DNA from: a virus
Lineage: Duplodnaviria > Caudoviricetes
Strand: one strand, 5' to 3'
IMG/VR virus record: IMGVR_UViG_2835052945_000005
Span: 343-64,342 of that record
Length of the DNA stretch: 64,000 nucleotides
The notes under the pieces were generated by a model, which was not told where the DNA came from, did no database searches, and saw only the letters and a list, made by a program, of their open reading frames with translations. Shown piece by piece: positions 16,719 to 26,272 of this stretch; the first letter of the stretch is position 1, and every line of letters starts with the position of its first letter. Position numbers and translations under genes: made by a program.

Positions 16719-17270
16719 ATGGGGCGTAAATCCAGTATTCACCGTCTGCCTGCCGATATCCGATCTCATATCGAGCGCCGGCTGCGCGAGGATGCTCTGA
16801 CGCTCGATGAGCTGATTGCCGATCTGCACGAACATTTTCCCGATGTCGAAGTCGCGCCGAGCCGCAGCGCGTTAGGCCGCTATAAGCAGTCGTTTGAGCA
16901 GGTTGTATCCCGCATGCGCGAGCAGGACCAGATGGCGCGTCTGTTGGTCAGTGAACTGGGCGAGAACCCGGACGAGCGAGCCGGGGCGCTGATGGTGCAG
17001 GCCGTCACCACGCTGACGGCTCATGCATCGTTTGTGGCGCAGAATGAAGAAAACCCGGATATCGATACCGTGCGCCATCTGGCGCGCGCCGCCAAAGATG
17101 TTTTGCAGGCGCGTAAAGCCTCGCTGGATGAGCGCCGGGAAATTGAACGTGCCGCACGAGAGCGGCTGCTGCGCGAACAGCAGGATAATCTGCAACAAGT
17201 GGCCAGTGCTCAGGGGCTAAGTGAAGATCAGGTCCAGTTCTGGCGCGAACGCGTGCTGGGGATCAAGTGA
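16719..17270 (+). CDS. Terminase small subunit (DUF3486, Mu gp27-like)
   Basis: MGRKSSIHRLP...SRSALGRY. Confidence 0.85.
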   Translation: MGRKSSIHRLPADIRSHIERRLREDALTLDELIADLHEHFPDVEVAPSRSALGRYKQSFEQVVSRMREQDQMARLLVSELGENPDERAGALMVQAVTTLTAHASFVAQNEENPDIDTVRHLARAAKDVLQARKASLDERREIERAARERLLREQQDNLQQVASAQGLSEDQVQFWRERVLGIK

Positions 17271-18970
17271 TGAACGAACCCCAGGCGATGAAGCCGCTGG
17301 CATCCACGGTACGGGTCGTCGAATGGGACGAACTGCCGCCGCGCGCCCGCGATATCCCGTTTGCCTTTAACCCGCTGGCTGACGGCGTATTGATGGCGCA
17401 CCAGGTCGAATGCCTGAAATTCAACGTTTCTATCCTCGCCGTTCCCAAAGGCCGACGAACCGGCATTACGTTCGCCTGGGGGCTGAATTCCACCCTGATA
17501 GCCGGTGCCCGCAAATCCGCTGGCGGCAACAACGTTTATTACATCGGCGATACAAAAGAGAAAGGGCTGGAGTTTATCGGCTACGTAGCCAAGTTTGGCC
17601 GCGTCATCGCCCAGCAGCAGGCGCAGGCCATCTCCAGCATCGAAGAGTTTCTATTTGAGGATCAGGACGAACAGGGAAACACCCGCCAGATAACCGCCTA
17701 TCGCGTGCGGTTCGCCAGCGGTTTTCAGGTCACGGCGCTGTCGTCCCGCCCGGCTAACATTCGCGGGCTGCAAGGCGTGGTGATTATCGATGAGGCCGCG
17801 TTCCATCCGGACGTTCAGGGCGTGCTGGATGCCGCCACCGCGCTATTGATTTGGGGCGGAAAGATTGTGGTGATCAGTTCAGAAAATGGCAAGAACAACC
17901 CGTTCTACCAGTTTCATAGGGATATTGAAAATGGGCGATACGGTGAGGATGCAGCGGTGTTTAGGGTGACCTTTGATGATGCCGTCGGCAATGGTCTGTT
18001 TGAGCGTGTCTGCATGATGAAAGGAGAGACGGCAACGGTTGAGGACAAACAGGCGTGGTACGCCCGTATCCGCAATGCCTACGGTCCGCGCAAGGCGGCG
18101 ATGCGTGAGGAACTGGACGCTATTCCGCGCGACGGCAACGGCATCTGTATTCCAGGCGTTTGGATCGAGCGGGCCATGCCGGAGGAGCGGCCGGTCATTC
18201 GCCTGGTGTGTGATGATGAATTTATCAACATGAGCGAACTGGAGCGCCAAAGCTGGGGCGAAGACTGGATAGACCGCAACTTACGTCCGGTGATGGCCGA
18301 AACGCTAAACCCGGAATGCCGTCATGTATTCGGTATGGACTTTGCGCGGCACCGGCACTTCTCGGCGTTAATGCCAGTGGCCATCATGCCCAACCTGCTG
18401 CGTGATGTACCGTTTTTACTGGAACTGAACAACGTACCGTCTGCATTACAACAGCAGATTTTATTCTGGTTTATCGACCATCTTCCTCGCCAGTCCGGCG
18501 GCGCGATTGACGCCACCGGCCCCGGCATGGTGCTGGCCGAATACGCCGCCGACCGCTATGGTCGCCCCCGTATCGCTGAAATATCGTTAAATCGCCAGTG
18601 GTACGGCTTGTGGATGCCGAAATTCACCGGGCTATTTGAAGACTCAATGATTGTATTGCCGCGTGATGAAAACACCGCACAGGATTTGCGGGCGGTGGAG
18701 ACTATCGACGGCGTGCCGATGGTCGCCCGCCTTGAGCGTAAAGACCTAAAAGACCCCGAACTGGTGCGCCACGGCGACGTCGCTATCGCCGGGTGCCTGG
18801 CAAACTACGCTGCGCTCAATCTGGCATCGGAGATTGATTTCCAGTCTTCGGGGGTACGCGATATTTACCATCAGTTGGATGGCTATGGCGCGACGTCCGG
18901 TGGCGGCGAAATAACGGATGCCGGGTTTGGCACGGTGCGCGGTCTGAATGATTTTGGAGGGTTTATATGA
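17267..18970 (+). CDS. Terminase large subunit (Mu gp28-like)
   Basis: KGRRTGIT, Walker B VIIDEAAF, GMDFAR nuclease motif. Confidence 0.92.
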   Translation: MMNEPQAMKPLASTVRVVEWDELPPRARDIPFAFNPLADGVLMAHQVECLKFNVSILAVPKGRRTGITFAWGLNSTLIAGARKSAGGNNVYYIGDTKEKGLEFIGYVAKFGRVIAQQQAQAISSIEEFLFEDQDEQGNTRQITAYRVRFASGFQVTALSSRPANIRGLQGVVIIDEAAFHPDVQGVLDAATALLIWGGKIVVISSENGKNNPFYQFHRDIENGRYGEDAAVFRVTFDDAVGNGLFERVCMMKGETATVEDKQAWYARIRNAYGPRKAAMREELDAIPRDGNGICIPGVWIERAMPEERPVIRLVCDDEFINMSELERQSWGEDWIDRNLRPVMAETLNPECRHVFGMDFARHRHFSALMPVAIMPNLLRDVPFLLELNNVPSALQQQILFWFIDHLPRQSGGAIDATGPGMVLAEYAADRYGRPRIAEISLNRQWYGLWMPKFTGLFEDSMIVLPRDENTAQDLRAVETIDGVPMVARLERKDLKDPELVRHGDVAIAGCLANYAALNLASEIDFQSSGVRDIYHQLDGYGATSGGGEITDAGFGTVRGLNDFGGFI

Positions 18971-20472
18971 GTCTGTGGAGCCGAATGACCGGAAAAATAA
19001 AACGTCCGAAATTGGGCCAGCAAATCGCCAGTACCGGCGACGGCCGCGATATCACCCGCCCCTGGGTCGGCGCTCTGGCGCTATCGGATGACAGCGTACT
19101 GCGCCATCGCGGCGCGCCGGATTTGCAGATTTACCGCGAGGTGCTCAACGACGACGAAGTCAAATCATCCTATACCCAGCGCCAGGACGCGGTCATTTCC
19201 CGCGAGTGGAAAATTGATGCCGGCGGCGAACGCCCGATCGATATCGAGGCCGCCGAAGCGATGCGTGAACAGATTGATGCGGTCGGTTGGGATCGCGTCA
19301 CGCGACTGATGCATTACGGCGTGTTCTACGGATACGCCCCCGCTGAACTGATCTACGGCACCCGCGCTAACTTATTGTGGGTGGATGATATTCGGGTGCG
19401 CGACCGCCGGCGTTTTCGCTTCTCTCCTGGAGGCGAACTGCGGCTGCTGACGCCCGGCAATATGTTTGCCGGCGAACCCTGTCCGCCGCCGTATTTCTGG
19501 CATTTCTGCACCGGCGCCGACCACGACGATGAACCCTATGGTCTGGGACTGGCGCACTGGCTGTACTGGCCGACGTTTTTTAAACGCAACGGCCTAAAAT
19601 TCTGGATGATCTTTCTGGATAAATTCGCCATGCCAACAGTGGTGGGTAAACACCCGGAAGGCGCTACAGAAGAGCAACGGCGCAAACTGCTGGAACTGAC
19701 GCGCGCCATCGCTGCGGATAGCGGTGTGATCATGCCGGAAAAAATGCTGGTCGAATTGCTGTCCGCCGCCCGCTCCGGCACGGCGGATTATCAATCGCTG
19801 TACAACGCGATGAATGAGGCCATTCGCCGCGTCACCGTTGGGCAAATATCCAGTTCCGGCGGCGCCAGCAAAGGGATCGGCGGCGATGAGTCTCTCCAGG
19901 CCGATATCCTGAAATCCATCGCCAAATCCGACGCCGATGTGATCTGCGAAAGCTGGAACCGTGGGCCGGGCGCCTGGTTGACCGAGCTGAATTTTCCCGG
20001 CGCCGCCGTGCCGCGCGTCTATCGGGTATTTGACGAACAGGAAGATTTGGCCAAACGCGCCGAACGCGACAAAAACATTACCGAAACGACAGGCTACCGG
20101 CCGACGCTGGCCAGCGTGATTGAAACCTACGGCGGCGAATGGGAGCCCAAACCGGTCGAGACACCGCGTCAGCCAGCCGAGCCTGCCGCCCCGGTGCAAT
20201 TGGCCGAATCAAGCACCGAGCCGGACGCGCCCGCGCTGATGGCGCAGCGGTTGAACACCGAATTGCAACCCGCCACCGATACCTGGATAAACCAGATCCG
20301 CGAATTGGTCGATAGCGTGGAATCGCTGGAGCAGCTGCGCGACGAACTGGTGACGTTGCTGCCTAACATGTCGCTGGACGATTACGCCGCCGCGCTGGCG
20401 CAGGCGTTGTCGGCCGCGCACCTGGCGGGTCGCAGCGATATCGTCGAGGAGGCGGCGGATGGCGACGACTAA
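18967..20472 (+). CDS. Portal protein (DUF935, Mu gp29-like)
   Basis: YGLGLAHWLYWP...FLDKFAMPTVVGK. Confidence 0.92.
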   Translation: MSLWSRMTGKIKRPKLGQQIASTGDGRDITRPWVGALALSDDSVLRHRGAPDLQIYREVLNDDEVKSSYTQRQDAVISREWKIDAGGERPIDIEAAEAMREQIDAVGWDRVTRLMHYGVFYGYAPAELIYGTRANLLWVDDIRVRDRRRFRFSPGGELRLLTPGNMFAGEPCPPPYFWHFCTGADHDDEPYGLGLAHWLYWPTFFKRNGLKFWMIFLDKFAMPTVVGKHPEGATEEQRRKLLELTRAIAADSGVIMPEKMLVELLSAARSGTADYQSLYNAMNEAIRRVTVGQISSSGGASKGIGGDESLQADILKSIAKSDADVICESWNRGPGAWLTELNFPGAAVPRVYRVFDEQEDLAKRAERDKNITETTGYRPTLASVIETYGGEWEPKPVETPRQPAEPAAPVQLAESSTEPDAPALMAQRLNTELQPATDTWINQIRELVDSVESLEQLRDELVTLLPNMSLDDYAAALAQALSAAHLAGRSDIVEEAADGDD

Positions 20473-21739
20473 CGCCAGCTACGGCACCCTGCCGTTCTCC
20501 GAGCAGATTGCGTTTTTCCGCCGCAAACTGGCGCTGCCGACTACCGGCTGGACGGATATCTACAATGCCGAGCACGACTGGGCATTTGTGGTGGCCGGCG
20601 CCAACCGCAACGACCTGGTGAGCGATTTTCAACAGGCGGTAGACCGTTTCATTGCCGAGGGGCGCACGCTGGCGGATTTTCGCCAGGACTTTTCGTCCAT
20701 CGTTGAGAAACACGGCTGGAGCTATAACGGCGGGTTCGGCTGGCGCACGCGGGTGATCTACGACACCAATCTGCGCGGCAGCTATCAGGGCGGACGCTTC
20801 GCTCAGTTGATGGAACACCGCGAGACCATGCCGTACTGGGAATACGTTCACAGCGACGCCGTCGAGCATCCCCGCGAGCTGCACCTGGCGTGGGACAGCA
20901 TGATCCTGCGCTGGGACGATCCCTGGTGGACAACGCATTTCCCGCCCAACGGCTGGGGCTGTCAGTGTACTGTGCGCGGCCGCTCCGAATCGTGGATGAA
21001 ACGCAATGGGCGCAGCGTCGATACCGCGCCGGAAATCGTCTGGGAAGATCGGACGATCGGCCAGCGCAGCATCAACGGCTCCTACACCGTGCGGGTGCCG
21101 CAGGGTATCGATCCGTCGTTCGAGCATACGCCGGGGCGCTCAAGGCTGGACGGCCAGACGCCGCCGCCCCGCAATGATGACCCGCTGAGCGACAATCCGG
21201 CCAGTATGAGCAGTGCCGGCGCGCCGGGCGTTCCCAGCCGGACGCCATCGGATGCGCTACCCACGCCGCGCCCGGCCAGCGCCGAGCGGCTGCTGTCTGC
21301 CGGGCTAACCGATCGGGAGTACGCTGCCGCGTTCCTGGGCGAGTTCGGCGCCACGCTGGAGCAGCCGGCGATATACCGCGACGTGGTCGGAGAGCCGCTG
21401 GTGGTTGGCTCGGCGCTGTTTACCGTACGCAAAACCGGGGCGCTCAAAATCAGCAAACGCGGCCGCGAACGGTTTTTATTACTACTGGCCGATGCTATCC
21501 GAGAACCTGATGAAGTCTGGACGCGTATCGAATGGATGGCGGCACGCAACGCTGCCATTGTCCGACGCCGCTATATCGCCCGGTTTGATATCGACGATAC
21601 AACAACGCCCGCATTGGCGGTCTTTGACGTCGGCGCTGATGGTTGGACGGGCGTAACAACATTCGCGCCTGATGACGCGGATTATCTTGATGGGTTACGG
21701 ATCGGTGTACGAACATATCGGCGAGATGAAAAAGCGTAA
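20459..21739 (+). CDS. MuF head morphogenesis protein with C-terminal nuclease-fold (PBECR2-like) extension
   Basis: MuF core RVIYDTNL...HPRELHLAW...FPPNGWGCQC; Pro/Ser linker; C-terminal LADAIREPDEVW...RRRYIARF...WTGVTTF. Confidence 0.8.
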   Translation: MATTNASYGTLPFSEQIAFFRRKLALPTTGWTDIYNAEHDWAFVVAGANRNDLVSDFQQAVDRFIAEGRTLADFRQDFSSIVEKHGWSYNGGFGWRTRVIYDTNLRGSYQGGRFAQLMEHRETMPYWEYVHSDAVEHPRELHLAWDSMILRWDDPWWTTHFPPNGWGCQCTVRGRSESWMKRNGRSVDTAPEIVWEDRTIGQRSINGSYTVRVPQGIDPSFEHTPGRSRLDGQTPPPRNDDPLSDNPASMSSAGAPGVPSRTPSDALPTPRPASAERLLSAGLTDREYAAAFLGEFGATLEQPAIYRDVVGEPLVVGSALFTVRKTGALKISKRGRERFLLLLADAIREPDEVWTRIEWMAARNAAIVRRRYIARFDIDDTTTPALAVFDVGADGWTGVTTFAPDDADYLDGLRIGVRTYRRDEKA

Positions 21740-21832
21740 CCCGACCACCGCCACAGCCGGGTTACCGCTGCGCGTGGGATTGGAGGCCCTGGCGGGGGCT
21801 GCCCGCGCATTGATTAAATAATAGGATAGATT

Positions 21833-22333
21833 ATGGCCGGCGTCACGATTGTTTTTGCGGCTCAGCAGGCGCTCGACAGCCTGCTGAAAATGGAGGGCCA
21901 ACTGGCCGATCCGACGCCCATGCTGGCCGAGATGGGCGAGGAACTGCTGGATATTCACAAAAAACGATTTGCTGATCAGATGTCGCCGGACGGCGTACCC
22001 TGGGCGCCGCTACAGCCGTGGTACAAAGCGGAGAAAAAGCGTAACGCCGATAAGGTGCTGACGCTGGACGGCTATCTGGGCAATACGCTGCGCTGGCAAA
22101 TTCGCGCCGGCGAGCTGCTGTTCGGCACCGACCGGCCCTACGGAGCGATCCATCATTTCGGCGGCACCATCAAACCGAAAACCGCCGGCGCGCTCAACGT
22201 AGGCGGTCGTCCGGTTAAACAGGTGACCATCCCGGCTCGGCCGTGGCTGGGGGTCTCCGACAGCGACGGCAAAACGCTGGTCGACATCGCGTCGGATCAT
22301 CTGCAAAAGGCGTTAAAGTCGGGAGCGCCGTAA
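21833..22333 (+). CDS. Virion morphogenesis protein (Mu gpG-like)
   Basis: SPDGVPWAPL...GTDRPYGAIHHFGG...IPARPWLG. Confidence 0.9.
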   Translation: MAGVTIVFAAQQALDSLLKMEGQLADPTPMLAEMGEELLDIHKKRFADQMSPDGVPWAPLQPWYKAEKKRNADKVLTLDGYLGNTLRWQIRAGELLFGTDRPYGAIHHFGGTIKPKTAGALNVGGRPVKQVTIPARPWLGVSDSDGKTLVDIASDHLQKALKSGAP

Positions 22334-22476
22334 AACGGCCGTAGCGGCGTTCAGGCGTTTCTGATGTGCGATGACCCCGGCGCGCGGCGTCAGGATTATT
22401 ATAATAGCTTTTAATAACGCTCCCGCCGGGTTTAACCCGCCCCTGCCACGTTCCCCCGTCATTCCATCACGTTGCA

Positions 22477-22498
22477 TTATTTGCCCGAGGGCAGATTA
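22477..22498 (+). promoter_or_regulatory. Second late-activator site upstream of the protease/capsid operon
   Basis: TTATTTGCCCGAGGGCAGATTA; -10-like CATCAT at 22518-22523, same spacing as at 14504. Confidence 0.7.
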
Positions 22499-22554
22499 CC
22501 CCGCCGCGCGATAGCAGCATCATGGCCGCATTATTGAGTGACGGACGATGATAA

Positions 22555-23679
22555 ATGCCCCAGCAATCCACAGCCACACTACCGGTTTTCATGCCCGGCA
22601 CGCATACCGCGATGGACGGACGTACCGTAACGTTCACGATCGAGGATTGTCTCGACCTGGCCAGCAGCTACGACCCAGCGCTTGCCGAGGCGCCGTTTGT
22701 TATCGGTCACCCCAAACTGACGGCGCCGGCCTATGGCTGGGCGGGCCGGTTCGAGGTGCGAGACGATCTGGTTTACACCGAACCGAAACAGGTTGTGCCG
22801 GAATTTGCCGAAGCGTTTAACAAAGGATTTTGGAAAAAACGCTCGCTTTCCATCTATCTGCCGGATTCGCCCGGTAATCCCAAACCCGGCCATTACTATC
22901 CGCGTCACGTCGGTTTTCTTGGCGCCGTACCGCCGGCGGTAAAAGGGTTGCCCGATGTGCAATTCTCCGAAGCCGGCGGCGAGAATGCCCCGCTGGAGTT
23001 CGCTATTCCCTGGGAGACTGAACTGCTGACCGATATGTTTCGCAGCTTGCGCGACTATCTGGTCGAAAAAGAGGGCGCGGAGCGTGCCGATCAGATCCTG
23101 CCGCAGTGGCGCCTTAAATCCATTGAAGAAGCCGCCGCGCGGGCATCCGAGCCTCAGATATCACCACTGGCGTATGCCGAGGAGACCAATGTGTCAAAAG
23201 AAAACCCAAACCTTAATCCAGCCGCTGATCTCGCGGCGCGTGAAGCGTCGCTGGTTGAACGCGAGGCGCGTATTCAGGCGCAGGAGCTAGCGCAACAGAA
23301 AGCGGCGGCCGAACAACGACGCGCCGATATCGTTTCATTTGCCGACGGGCTGGCGAAAGACGGCCGCATTCTGCCGCGTCAGAAAAACGCGGTCGTCGAA
23401 GTGCTGGTCAATCTGTCCGCCGAACCGATCTCGTTTGCCGACGGCAACGCCACGGTCAGCAAAACCCCGGAAACCCTGCTGCGGGAAATTCTGGGCGACA
23501 AACCGACGCTGCTGGATTTCAGCGAGAAAACGCCGCCGGAAGGTGAAGGAGCCGTGGATTTCGCCGACGCTGAATCCATCGCCGCCGCTGCCCAAGCGTA
23601 TCAGGCGGAGCAGCAGAAACTGGGACGCACCATCTCTATCACGGCAGCCGTCCATCACATCAAGGGGAACCAGAAATGA
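22555..23679 (+). CDS. Prohead protease/scaffold (Mu gpI/Z-like)
   Basis: GTHTAMDG, APFVIGHP, HVGFLGAVPPAVKGL. Confidence 0.88.
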   Translation: MPQQSTATLPVFMPGTHTAMDGRTVTFTIEDCLDLASSYDPALAEAPFVIGHPKLTAPAYGWAGRFEVRDDLVYTEPKQVVPEFAEAFNKGFWKKRSLSIYLPDSPGNPKPGHYYPRHVGFLGAVPPAVKGLPDVQFSEAGGENAPLEFAIPWETELLTDMFRSLRDYLVEKEGAERADQILPQWRLKSIEEAAARASEPQISPLAYAEETNVSKENPNLNPAADLAAREASLVEREARIQAQELAQQKAAAEQRRADIVSFADGLAKDGRILPRQKNAVVEVLVNLSAEPISFADGNATVSKTPETLLREILGDKPTLLDFSEKTPPEGEGAVDFADAESIAAAAQAYQAEQQKLGRTISITAAVHHIKGNQK

Positions 23680-24047
23680 ATATTCCAGGACTGATCACCG
23701 CCCGCCAGTCGTCCACCACCGTCATCGCGCGCCGTTTGATTATCAACGGCGCCAGTGATGGTCTGGCCGGGCAGGCAACCGATGGCTCCGCGCTGATTAT
23801 CGGCGTCAGCACTGACGTCGATGCCGCTCCCGGCGACACGTTCGACGTGATCCGCTCCGGCCTGGCGCCGGTGACCTATGGCGGCGATGTGGCGCTGGGT
23901 GATCGACTGACTGCCGATGCTGATGGCAAAGCCGTGACGGCCGCCGCCGGCGACTACTTTATCGGTTACGCCGAGGTGACGGGGGCGGCGGATGAAATCG
24001 GTTCGGTGTGGATTGCCCCCGGACAACTGCCGGCGGCGGGCGCCTGA
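23676..24047 (+). CDS. Capsid decoration/cement protein (DUF2190-like)
   Basis: IIGVSTD...TYGGDVALGDRLTADADGKAV. Confidence 0.8.
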   Translation: MNIPGLITARQSSTTVIARRLIINGASDGLAGQATDGSALIIGVSTDVDAAPGDTFDVIRSGLAPVTYGGDVALGDRLTADADGKAVTAAAGDYFIGYAEVTGAADEIGSVWIAPGQLPAAGA

Positions 24048-24127
24048 CAGATCCCAATAACGCCGCGAGAGGCCCATTGAATGCCGGGACGGGCGCCGGC
24101 ACCTATTCATAACTGGAGAGCAACACA

Positions 24128-25060
24128 ATGGCTGCTAATTTTCCGTTTCCCGTCGATCCGGTGTTAACCGGTATCACTATTGCTTACCGCAACCCGTCGC
24201 TAATTGCCGACGAGGTGCTGCCGCGCGTGCCGGTGGGATTGAAGTCGTTCAAATGGCTGAAATTCGCGCTCGGTGAGCGTTTCTCCGTGCCAAACACGCG
24301 TGTGGGACGCAAATCCGCGCCGAACCAGGTGGAGTTTTCAGCCGAAGAAGAAACCGACTCGACCAGCGATTACGGCCTTGATGCGCCGGTGCCGCAGGAC
24401 GATATCGATAACGCGCCGAAAAATTTCGATCCGCTCGGTCACGCAACAGAAGCCACTACCGATCTCATCCTGCTGGATCGCGAAGTTCGCGCCGCCAATC
24501 TGGTGTTCGGTGCCGACAGCTATAACGCGACCAACCGCACCCAGCTTGCCGGTACTGCGCAATGGAGCCACGCGGACGCCAATCCTATCAACGTGATTAC
24601 CGATGCGCTCGATACGCTGATCGCACGGCCAAATATCGCCATCCTGGGGCGCAAGGTGGCCACCGCGCTGCGCCGCCATCCCACCATCGTCCGGGCATAC
24701 AACGGCACGACCGGCTCCGATGGCATGGTGCCGCTGGCATTTCTGGCTGATTTGCTGGAGTTGGAGAGCATCTATGTCGGCTCCAGTTGGGTTAATACCG
24801 CCAAACCCGGCAAAGCGGCGTCGCTGGTTCGCGCCTGGGGTAACCATGCCTCGTTTATCTACCGCGATCGTCTGGCCAATACTCAGGGTCGGGTGACATG
24901 GGGGATTACGGCGCAGTTCGGCGGCCGCGTGTCAGGCGCCATTGCCGACCCTGATATCGGTTTGCGCGGCGGCCAGCGTGTTCGCGTCGGCGAATCCGTC
25001 AAGGAGTTGGTCGTCGCCAAAGACGTCGGCTATCTGTTCCAGAACGCGGTGGCCGCATAA
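24128..25060 (+). CDS. Major capsid protein
   Basis: FPVDPVLTGITIAYRN..., 310 aa, position after decoration gene. Confidence 0.88.
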   Translation: MAANFPFPVDPVLTGITIAYRNPSLIADEVLPRVPVGLKSFKWLKFALGERFSVPNTRVGRKSAPNQVEFSAEEETDSTSDYGLDAPVPQDDIDNAPKNFDPLGHATEATTDLILLDREVRAANLVFGADSYNATNRTQLAGTAQWSHADANPINVITDALDTLIARPNIAILGRKVATALRRHPTIVRAYNGTTGSDGMVPLAFLADLLELESIYVGSSWVNTAKPGKAASLVRAWGNHASFIYRDRLANTQGRVTWGITAQFGGRVSGAIADPDIGLRGGQRVRVGESVKELVVAKDVGYLFQNAVAA

Positions 25061-25062
25061 CG

Positions 25063-25284
25063 ATGGCCGTGATTAACGCGCAACCCTCTCACCGTCAGCT
25101 TACGGATGCCGAACTGGCGGTGATGGAAGAGATTATCGATTTGCGGACCATTGTGGGCGACTACCTGGACGGTCTGGCCGACAATCCGGCCATCGATCAG
25201 ACCTGGCTGCGTATCGCCCGCGAGCAGTTGCAACAAGGGTTTATGGCCGCTACCCGCGCGGTAGCCAAGCCCGCGACGTTTTGA
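25063..25284 (+). CDS. Acb2-like (anti-CBASS sponge fold) protein, divergent
   Basis: HRQLTDAELAVM... and IDQTWLRIAREQLQQGFMAATRAVAKPATF match the Acb2 pattern YRxLxxxE...RWxxIxxTxxQxGxMAxxRAxAxPxxF. Confidence 0.75.
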   Translation: MAVINAQPSHRQLTDAELAVMEEIIDLRTIVGDYLDGLADNPAIDQTWLRIAREQLQQGFMAATRAVAKPATF

Positions 25285-25292
25285 GGTAAGCG

Positions 25293-25817
25293 ATGAACAC
25301 GACCCGCTACATCACCCACGCCGATCTGGCCGAACACCCCGGCACCGCCGAACTGGCGCAATGCACCGCACAGGACGGCGAAGTGCCGGTGCCGCCGTCA
25401 CTGCTGGCCGTGGTTATCGCCCGCGGCGACACGGCGGATTGGACGGCTGACGAATTGGTGCAGGCCAATGTGACGCTGGGGCGTATTGATGAGGTCATCA
25501 CCGACACCCAGGGACTGATTGACGGCTTCCTGCGCCAGCGCGGCCACCGGCTGCCGCTGGCTGCGGTGCCGCCGCTGCTGACCCGCTGGGCGCGGGCCAT
25601 CGTCCGCTATCAGCTCAATCGCAACCGCGTCGGCGATGAGAAAACCGATCCGGTGATACGGGATTACAAAGAGGCGATGGCGTACCTGGAAAAAGTGGCG
25701 GCAGGCAAATATTCGCTCGGGATTGAAGATCCGTTGCCGCCCGCAGGCGGCGTACCGCAGGTAACCGGCCCCGGACGGACCTTTGATATGCACTCGCTGC
25801 GGGATTTTGGTAAATGA
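25293..25817 (+). CDS. Head-tail adaptor (Mu gp36/DUF1320-like)
   Basis: YITHADL...IDGFLRQRGHRLPL...IRDYKEAMAYLEKVAAGKYSLG. Confidence 0.88.
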   Translation: MNTTRYITHADLAEHPGTAELAQCTAQDGEVPVPPSLLAVVIARGDTADWTADELVQANVTLGRIDEVITDTQGLIDGFLRQRGHRLPLAAVPPLLTRWARAIVRYQLNRNRVGDEKTDPVIRDYKEAMAYLEKVAAGKYSLGIEDPLPPAGGVPQVTGPGRTFDMHSLRDFGK

Positions 25818-26272
25818 GCAGCGCGCCGTTTGATGTGACGCCGGTGATTGAACGGCTGAATCAGTTTGTCGGCGCGGACAAGCTGTTGCGCCTGGTCGGC
25901 AGCATGGCGGAATACAGCAAACTGACCGATTTGGCCAACGCTACCACGCCGGCGGCCTATGTCCTGCTGGGGCGCGAGTCGCCCAACGATGCCCCGGCCG
26001 ACGCCCGGCAGTCCGTTACGGCGGTATTCGGCGTGGTCTCGGTCGTGCGCGCCCAGTCGAGCGTCGTCACCAATATCGATAATGCCAGGCTGGCGTTGCA
26101 GCCGGTAGCGGGCGGTATCCGCGACCAGTTGATCGGCTGGTCGGTGGCCGGCCTGCGCGGCGGACGCCCCATTAAGTGGACCGGCGGCGAAACGCTGGGA
26201 TTTGTCAACGGCGTGCTGGCGTGGATGGACACATACAGCTGTCAGCATTTCATTGGAGGGGGCAATGCCTGA
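25814..26272 (+). CDS. Tail terminator/completion protein (Mu gp37-like)
   Basis: TPAAYVLL...FGVV...LIGW; position after gp36. Confidence 0.75.
   Translation: MSSAPFDVTPVIERLNQFVGADKLLRLVGSMAEYSKLTDLANATTPAAYVLLGRESPNDAPADARQSVTAVFGVVSVVRAQSSVVTNIDNARLALQPVAGGIRDQLIGWSVAGLRGGRPIKWTGGETLGFVNGVLAWMDTYSCQHFIGGGNA

Noticed and set aside
21800-21816. TGCCCGCGCATTGATTA as a third copy of the late-activator site
   Set aside because: Right half-site is degenerate and the 39-nt spacing to a -10/ATGG element seen at the other three promoters is not met
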